Under the pieces are notes generated by a model that was not told the DNA's origin, made no database searches, and saw only the letters and a list, made by a program, of their open reading frames with translations. From Gemmatimonadaceae bacterium (GTDB taxonomy: Bacteria; Gemmatimonadota; Gemmatimonadetes; Gemmatimonadales; Gemmatimonadaceae): a stretch of DNA of 27,690 bases. Every line of letters starts with the position of its first letter. Positions within the stretch are counted from its first letter, which is position 1. The stretch is from positions 3,088 to 30,777 of the forward strand of contig JBBDYA010000064.1 in NCBI GenBank assembly GCA_040902005.1. The letters run 5' to 3'. A program made the position numbers and the translations under genes. Of the stretch, positions 21,999-27,690 are shown piece after piece.

Positions 21999-23294
21999 TT
22001 AGAACTCGAACCCGGTCACAATGGTCACATGGTCGTTCCGGTGGTTCGCGCCGGCGTAGCCGGTGACGATGCGCCGCAGTTCCCCGCCGAAGAAGAGGGG
22101 TCCGCTGGGGCGAACGATGGTGTAGGTCGAGCACGCCTGGTTGCGCTGCCGCGCGGGGCCGTCAGCGGGATGATCGACGCCACATCCCACACCAACGCGC
22201 AGGCCCACACGCGGCCTCAGATTGATCTGGGCCCAACCGCCGGACGTGTGCAGAGGATCGCCCGACGTGTTGAAGTTCTGACCAATGCCGCCGCCTCCGA
22301 GGCCGCGCAGCGCCTGCCCGCGGAAGTACTCGCCCCGGACCTCCAGCCACTCCACGACGGGCAGCATTGCGTCGCACGCGAATGCGGACGACGGGACCCG
22401 CGCGGCTGCCGGCATGAGCCAACCCTGATGCACGCCGCACCCGAGCTCCCCGGCCAGCTCTGCCTCGCCCCCCCCCCATTTCACGTAGGCGCGTGACTGG
22501 AGAAAGGGACGGTTCGCGCTCTCGGCCAGGTCGTAGTCGGTGTCGAATGCCGCCGCGGGATCGCCACTGGTGGGCGCCACGATTGCGCCCTGCATGCCCA
22601 CGCGGATGTTCCCGCCGGTCTCGCGGCCCACGCGGATCTGCGGAAGCCAGAGCCAGAGGTTGCCGGCCGCGGCGAAGGCCGGGGTTCCGACCGCGGCCGG
22701 TGACACGGGGTTCAGGGCGCTGATGAGGGGAGACTCCTGCCCAACCAGCAGGTGCCAGTTGGTCCACCGCACCTGCGCGCGCGCGGTGCGCAGCCGCAGC
22801 AGCGGAAAGGTGCGGCCGCCGCCGGACGGGACCTGACCGCCATAGAAGTCCACGTCCACGTCACCGGTGAAGGCACCGCCCAGCACCGCGGGCGCGGTCA
22901 CGGCGAGCCCGAGCGTGGTCTGTCGAATAGCCATGCCCGCCCCCTGGACCGGAACTCCGGGCGTATTGTCGGGTCGCACGAACTGCGGGTTGTCTACATT
23001 GTTCACCCTGCGGTCGTTCGCGAACCCGTTGACCGCGACCCGGCCGTTGAGCTCGACGCGCAATCCCGACCGCGTGGCGACTCCGCGTTCAGCCTGTTCG
23101 GCGAGCTGGCGCTGGAGGACGGCGATGGCGTTTTCCGCGCGGCGCAGCCGGATTGCCAGCGAGTCCGACACGTCCTGAGCGCCGGCGGGCACGCTGGCGA
23201 GGACGACCAGGGCCGCGGACAGCAGCAGGCGGAGCAACCGGTTTCTTGACTGCCGGCGCCTGCTCGTAGCACAGTTCACACAATCGATGCGCAT
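21999..23294 (-). CDS. Predicted outer-membrane beta-barrel/porin-like protein with N-terminal coiled coil; start uncertain (23294, 23279 or 23237)
   Basis: Signal peptide LLRLLLSAALVVLASVPAGA|Q, coiled coil LRRAENAIAVLQRQL, alternating amphipathic strands (GDVDVDFYGG, LRLRTA..., LEVRGEYFRG, GGWAQ), and a terminal aromatic motif VTGFEF. Confidence 0.7.
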   Translation of the reverse strand: MRIDCVNCATSRRRQSRNRLLRLLLSAALVVLASVPAGAQDVSDSLAIRLRRAENAIAVLQRQLAEQAERGVATRSGLRVELNGRVAVNGFANDRRVNNVDNPQFVRPDNTPGVPVQGAGMAIRQTTLGLAVTAPAVLGGAFTGDVDVDFYGGQVPSGGGRTFPLLRLRTARAQVRWTNWHLLVGQESPLISALNPVSPAAVGTPAFAAAGNLWLWLPQIRVGRETGGNIRVGMQGAIVAPTSGDPAAAFDTDYDLAESANRPFLQSRAYVKWGGGEAELAGELGCGVHQGWLMPAAARVPSSAFACDAMLPVVEWLEVRGEYFRGQALRGLGGGGIGQNFNTSGDPLHTSGGWAQINLRPRVGLRVGVGCGVDHPADGPARQRNQACSTYTIVRPSGPLFFGGELRRIVTGYAGANHRNDHVTIVTGFEF

Positions 23295-23304
23295 GGGGTC
23301 TCTA

Positions 23305-24018
23305 ATGAAGAAGGTCGGCGTGATGGGGCGGGTCTTTCGAGGCCTGGTCAGGGGCGTGGCCGTGACGGCCATGCTGGCAGGGACGGCCGGCGCGCAGGCA
23401 GGCGCGACGGTGAGCGGCCAGGTGAGCATTCAGGAGCGGCCTGGCGAGATCACCGAGGACCTATCGAACATCGTGGTGTTCCTGGAGCCGCTGGCGCCAG
23501 ACCCGAGGTCGAAGGTCGACGCGAAGACCGAGGCGACGATCGCGCTCGACCGGCGGCAGTTCTCGCCGCGCGTCACCGTGGTCATGGCGGGCAGCCGCGT
23601 GGAGTTCCCGAACCGCGATCCCTTCAGCCACAACGTGTTCTCGAAGCTGCATGGCGGCTTTGACACCGGCGTGTACGGACGCGGCACCTCGCGGGCACAG
23701 ACGTTTGACGAGGCGGGTGTGTACCCGCTGTACTGCAACGTGCATCCACGCATGACCGCCTTTGTGGTGACACTCAATACGCCATACTACACGCAGGCCG
23801 GCGCCAGCGGGCGATTCGTGCTGGAGAGCGTATCGCCCGGCCGCTACAACATGACGGTCTGGCACGACCGCGCGACCAAGGAAACCCGAGAGGTCATGGT
23901 GCCCGCCACGGGTCTCGCGAACCTCAAGTTCGCGCTGGACGCGCGGGGATACAAATACGTGCAGCACAAGGACAAGGTCGGAAAGGACTACGTGGGCCGC
24001 ACCGGGGACCGGTATTGA
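23305..24018 (+). CDS. Secreted MauL-like cupredoxin with carboxypeptidase-regulatory-like beta-sandwich; start 23287, 23305 or 23323
   Basis: Signal peptide ending AGA|Q, QFSPRV.VV..GS.VEFPNRDPFSHNVFS, LYCNVHPRM, and GRFVL..V.PGRY..TVWH. Confidence 0.82.
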   Translation: MKKVGVMGRVFRGLVRGVAVTAMLAGTAGAQAGATVSGQVSIQERPGEITEDLSNIVVFLEPLAPDPRSKVDAKTEATIALDRRQFSPRVTVVMAGSRVEFPNRDPFSHNVFSKLHGGFDTGVYGRGTSRAQTFDEAGVYPLYCNVHPRMTAFVVTLNTPYYTQAGASGRFVLESVSPGRYNMTVWHDRATKETREVMVPATGLANLKFALDARGYKYVQHKDKVGKDYVGRTGDRY

Positions 24019-26096
24019 TGGCGCTTCCCGGCGTGGGCCTCGGCGCGCGCATTTTCCTGTCGTCGGCGGGGATCGTCACGGTGGTGCTGGGCGTGGCGCT
24101 GGTGGTGCTCTCGCGCAGCGCGCAGCAGACCGCGCACACGTCGGTGGCGCGCGGCCTGGGCATCACGCAGCAGCGCGTCGCGGAGCTCGTGGCGTCCGAG
24201 CGGGCGCAGCTCGCAAGCCGGCTGGGGGTGTATGCCGAGAATCCTGAATACCGGTCCAACTTCGAGGCCGGACAGGACGACGGCGATTTCCTCGACTACG
24301 CGCAGGTGGCGGCCGAGCAGGTGGGCGCGGAGTGGGTGCAGCTCATCGACCGGGACGGCATCCGCCTGGCCAAGAGCGACGACCCCTCGGCGGAGCGCGT
24401 CGAGGTGGCGTCGCCGCTCGTCCTTCAGGCGCTGGGCGGCCAGATGGCGGAAGGGTTCGGTGTCGCCGGCGACACGGCGCTGATCCACGTGGTGGCGTCC
24501 CCCATTCCGGGGGCGGGCAACCGCGTGATCGGCGCGCTCATGGCGGCCCGGCACGTCAGCGATTCCGTTGCGCGGGCCGTTGGGTCCACCACGCAGAGCG
24601 AACTGTTCTTCTTCGTGATCGACGGTGAGGGGGTGCCGCGCGTGGCCGGGATGACGGACCGGCTGCGCGACGTGGGTGCGTCGCGCCTGGCGGTGCTGGC
24701 CGGGAACGTGGGCATCGCGCCGCCCGGGAGGGGGGGAGACGAGGCAGACACCGCCGTGCGGCAGGCCGGCGCGCCGGCGGCATCGCCGTTCCAGGAAGCG
24801 GAGTTCAACGGGGAGCGCTGGGTTGGGGACGGCGCGCTCCTGCTCGCGGCATCGGGCGCGCCGGTCGGAGGGTTCGTCGCGCTGCGCTCGCTCGATCGCG
24901 AGCTCGATGCGCTGGGCTACTCGCGTCTTCGCAACACGTTGCTCGCCGTCGGCGCCGCCGGCCTGCTCGTCGCGATTGTCGTCGCCGGGGTCACGTCCAG
25001 GCAGATCGTACGGCCAGTCACGCTCCTCGCGGACGCCACGCGCCGCGCGTCCGAGGGCGACTACCAGGCGGAGATCCCCGAGGGCGGCCGCGGCGAAATC
25101 GGCATCCTGGCGTCGGCGTTTCGTCGGCTGCTCACGGACCTGCGGGACAAGCAGGCGCTCGTCGACTTCCTCAGTGTGGCGTCTCCCGGCGCGGCCCGTA
25201 CCCTGGCCATGAACGCGGTCACGCCCACGATGCAGGCGCAGATGGGTGGCGAGACGCTCATCGAGGCGGGCCAGCTCTTCGGCAACCGGTACGAGATCAA
25301 GGGCGTGCTGGGCGTGGGCGGCATGGGGATGGTCTACAAGGCGAACGATCGGGAACTGGGAGAGACGCTCGCGATCAAGACGCTCAAGCCGGAGATGATG
25401 TCCATGGACACCGGCGCGCTCGAGCGGTTCAAGAGCGAGATCAGGCTGGCGCGCCGCATCGCCCACCGGAACGTGGTGCGCACGTACGATCTGGGCGAGT
25501 TCAGCGGCGTGTACTACATCACGATGGAATACGTGGAGGGGAAGTCCCTGAAGGACCTGATCACGGAACGGGGACGCCTGCCGGCGTCCGCGGTGCTTCC
25601 GATCGCGAAGCAGCTCTGCCGCGCGCTCGAGGTCTCGCACGAGGAAGGCGTGATCCATCGGGACATCAAGCCGCAGAACATGGTGGTGCAGTCCGACGGC
25701 GTGCTGAAAGTGATGGACTTCGGAATCGCGCGGCTGGCGACGCGTCCGGCGGAGTCGGGGCACACGCAGGCGGGCATGGTCGTGGGGACGCCGGCCTACA
25801 TGGCGCCGGAGCAGTTGCTGGGCGACGAGCTGGATGCGCGCGCGGATCTCTACGCCACGGGCTGCGTGCTGTACGAATGCCTCACGGGCAAGGTGCCGCA
25901 CGAAGCTGACGCGCCGTTCGCGCTGATCAGCAAGGTGCTGGAAGAGGTGCCCGCCGCACCCTCGGCGCTGCACGCGGACATCCCACCGGCGCTGTCCGAT
26001 CTGGTGATGTGGGCCTTGCAGAAGGACCGCGAACGCCGGCCGCCTTCGGCCGCGGCACTCTACGCGCGGCTGGACGCGATCGTCGTCCACCCATGA
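24018..26096 (+). CDS. Transmembrane sensor (Cache-like) - HAMP - Hanks-type Ser/Thr kinase
   Basis: ATG overlaps the upstream stop (TGATG). Contains TM1, a ~280-aa extracytoplasmic domain, TM2, HAMP (IVRPVTLLADATRRASEGDY...EIGILASAF), LGVGGMG.V, AIK, HRDIKPQN, DFG and GTPAYMAPEQ. Confidence 0.92.
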   Translation: MALPGVGLGARIFLSSAGIVTVVLGVALVVLSRSAQQTAHTSVARGLGITQQRVAELVASERAQLASRLGVYAENPEYRSNFEAGQDDGDFLDYAQVAAEQVGAEWVQLIDRDGIRLAKSDDPSAERVEVASPLVLQALGGQMAEGFGVAGDTALIHVVASPIPGAGNRVIGALMAARHVSDSVARAVGSTTQSELFFFVIDGEGVPRVAGMTDRLRDVGASRLAVLAGNVGIAPPGRGGDEADTAVRQAGAPAASPFQEAEFNGERWVGDGALLLAASGAPVGGFVALRSLDRELDALGYSRLRNTLLAVGAAGLLVAIVVAGVTSRQIVRPVTLLADATRRASEGDYQAEIPEGGRGEIGILASAFRRLLTDLRDKQALVDFLSVASPGAARTLAMNAVTPTMQAQMGGETLIEAGQLFGNRYEIKGVLGVGGMGMVYKANDRELGETLAIKTLKPEMMSMDTGALERFKSEIRLARRIAHRNVVRTYDLGEFSGVYYITMEYVEGKSLKDLITERGRLPASAVLPIAKQLCRALEVSHEEGVIHRDIKPQNMVVQSDGVLKVMDFGIARLATRPAESGHTQAGMVVGTPAYMAPEQLLGDELDARADLYATGCVLYECLTGKVPHEADAPFALISKVLEEVPAAPSALHADIPPALSDLVMWALQKDRERRPPSAAALYARLDAIVVHP

Positions 26097-27676
26097 CGGC
26101 CGCGAAGTCGCGTCAGGCGAGCGGCACACCGCCCTTTGACGCGCGCTCGGCCATGGACGCGCTGGCTGACGCCATTCTCGTTGCCGATGCGGACTGGCGC
26201 GTGCGCTATGTCAACGCGCCGTGGGAGCGCATCCTCGGCGTCACGCGAGACGACGCGATCGGCGCCGATTTCTGGAGCACGCACCCCGCGCTGGTCGCGG
26301 AGCCCGGCGCGTCCATGATGCGCGCGACGGCGGAGGACGGCTCCACGCGCCGCTTCGACGTCGAGTACCGCGCCGGTGGCGAACCGCGCAGCTACGGCAT
26401 TCGTGTGGCGCGCGACCGGGACGGGCTGCTGATCCTCGCGCTGTCGCGGTCGTTTCACGTGATGAAGAACGCGCGCGACCGCACCCTGGAGGATCGCAAC
26501 GAGGAGAACGCGGCGCTGCGCGCGCTCGCGCGCCAGACCGCCGAGGTGGCGGACACCGGCGCCCTGCTGGAGCTCCTGTGCACCGCCGCCAGTGCGCAGT
26601 GTGGTGGCCAGGGCGCCACGCTGATCTCCGTGGATGACACCGAGGGCGAGCTGGTGAGCGCGGTGGGACTGCTGGCGCCGGCACGCGGCAAGCGATTTCC
26701 GCTCATCGGATCGCTCGCGCGCGAGGTGGTGGAGCACGCGCGGCCGGCGATGATCGAGGACTTCAGCGCGTCGGAGCGCCCGCTCGCCAAGCGGCTCGAC
26801 GACCTGGTGATCGGACCGCTCATCGTCGCGCCCCTGATCGCGCACGAGCGGGTCCTGGGCGTGCTCGCGGTGGCGCGCGACCGGCGCGAAGTTCCGTTCA
26901 GCACGCGCGACGCACAGCGGCTCGCCGTCGTGGCCGATCATGCCGCCCTCGCCTTCTGGAAATCGCAACTGCTGGAGCAGGCGCAGGAAGCGGATCGCGC
27001 CAAGGGACGCTTTCTGGCGACCATGTCCCACGAACTGCGCACCCCGCTCACGGCGCTCGCGGGATACGAGGAGCTGCTGGTGGATTCCGTGCTGGGTCCC
27101 CTGTCGGATGCGCAGCGCGAGGTGCTCGACCGCATGCACCTGGTGACGCAGCACCTGGCCGCCATGATCGAGGACGTGCTGTCGTACACCAACCTCGAGG
27201 CCGGCGGCGAAGTCGTTCGGCCCACGGATTTTCTCGCCGCCGACCTGCTCACCGCCGTCGCCGCCCTCGTGCAGCCGTTCGCCGACCAGAAGAAGGTCAG
27301 TCTCATCACCGAATCCGACGCCAAGCCGATCCGGATGACGACGGACGTGGACAAGGCGCGCCAGATTCTCGTGAACCTCGCCACCAACGCCGTGAAATTC
27401 ACCGAGCGCGGCGAAGTGCGCATGGCCGTGCGGCTCGAGGACGGCAGCGTGCGCTACATGGTGATCGATACGGGGATCGGAATCGCGGAGGTGGATCTGC
27501 CTCGCCTGTTCCGCCCGTTCACGCAGCTGGACAGTGGGCTGACCCGAAGGCATGGCGGCACCGGCCTGGGCCTGTACATCGCCGATCGTATCGCGCGGCT
27601 GTTGCGCGGGCGCATTGACGTGGAGTCGCGCACGGGCGCCGGTTCGACGTTCACGCTGGTGTTGCCGCTCGAATAG
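26093..27676 (+). CDS. Cytoplasmic PAS - GAF - HisKA - HATPase histidine kinase
   Basis: ATG at 26093 overlaps the kinase stop (ATGA). Contains DAILVAD...YVN..WE..LG (PAS), IVAPL....VLGVL (GAF), [29 protein letters not shown] and GGTGLGL. Confidence 0.93.
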   Translation: MTAAKSRQASGTPPFDARSAMDALADAILVADADWRVRYVNAPWERILGVTRDDAIGADFWSTHPALVAEPGASMMRATAEDGSTRRFDVEYRAGGEPRSYGIRVARDRDGLLILALSRSFHVMKNARDRTLEDRNEENAALRALARQTAEVADTGALLELLCTAASAQCGGQGATLISVDDTEGELVSAVGLLAPARGKRFPLIGSLAREVVEHARPAMIEDFSASERPLAKRLDDLVIGPLIVAPLIAHERVLGVLAVARDRREVPFSTRDAQRLAVVADHAALAFWKSQLLEQAQEADRAKGRFLATMSHELRTPLTALAGYEELLVDSVLGPLSDAQREVLDRMHLVTQHLAAMIEDVLSYTNLEAGGEVVRPTDFLAADLLTAVAALVQPFADQKKVSLITESDAKPIRMTTDVDKARQILVNLATNAVKFTERGEVRMAVRLEDGSVRYMVIDTGIGIAEVDLPRLFRPFTQLDSGLTRRHGGTGLGLYIADRIARLLRGRIDVESRTGAGSTFTLVLPLE

Positions 27677-27690
27677 CTGGTTCTCGGCCC

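Noticed and set aside
23305..24018. Methylamine utilisation pathway
   Set aside because: Only a MauL-like fold is present; there are no mauA, mauB, mauD, mauE or mauG genes in the window.
23988..27553. 713-aa and 497-aa minus-strand ORFs
   Set aside because: They are antisense shadows of the two well-supported kinases.

Overview
High-GC, gene-dense bacterial chromosomal window. The style of its Hanks kinases and signalling genes suggests Gemmatimonadota, but this is an inference. No rRNA, tRNA, CRISPR array or mobile element was found. From left to right it contains: (1) the end of an ABC-2 exporter operon (two permeases); (2) an atypical stand-alone receiver-like protein; (3) a minus-strand run of RecQ-family helicase, MscS channel, membrane Ser/Thr kinase, cupin and SDR; (4) msrPQ coupled to a THUMP/RlmL-type methyltransferase; (5) a signalling operon with a 2023-aa poly-HAMP hybrid histidine kinase (nine 276-bp repeats), CheR, a receiver-less CheB and a REC-PAS kinase, with no chemoreceptor, CheA or CheW; (6) a divergent module with a poly-Gly blue-copper lipoprotein and a predicted outer-membrane beta-barrel on one side, and a MauL-like cupredoxin translationally coupled to a TM-sensor-HAMP-Ser/Thr kinase and a PAS-GAF histidine kinase on the other. 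Module (6) is the best candidate for an undescribed trans-envelope copper/redox signalling system. Module (5) is a candidate methylation-tuned histidine kinase system. A 14-codon ORF with a strong Shine-Dalgarno sequence and a hairpin lies upstream of recQ. All protein calls come from motif reading; no database searches were run.
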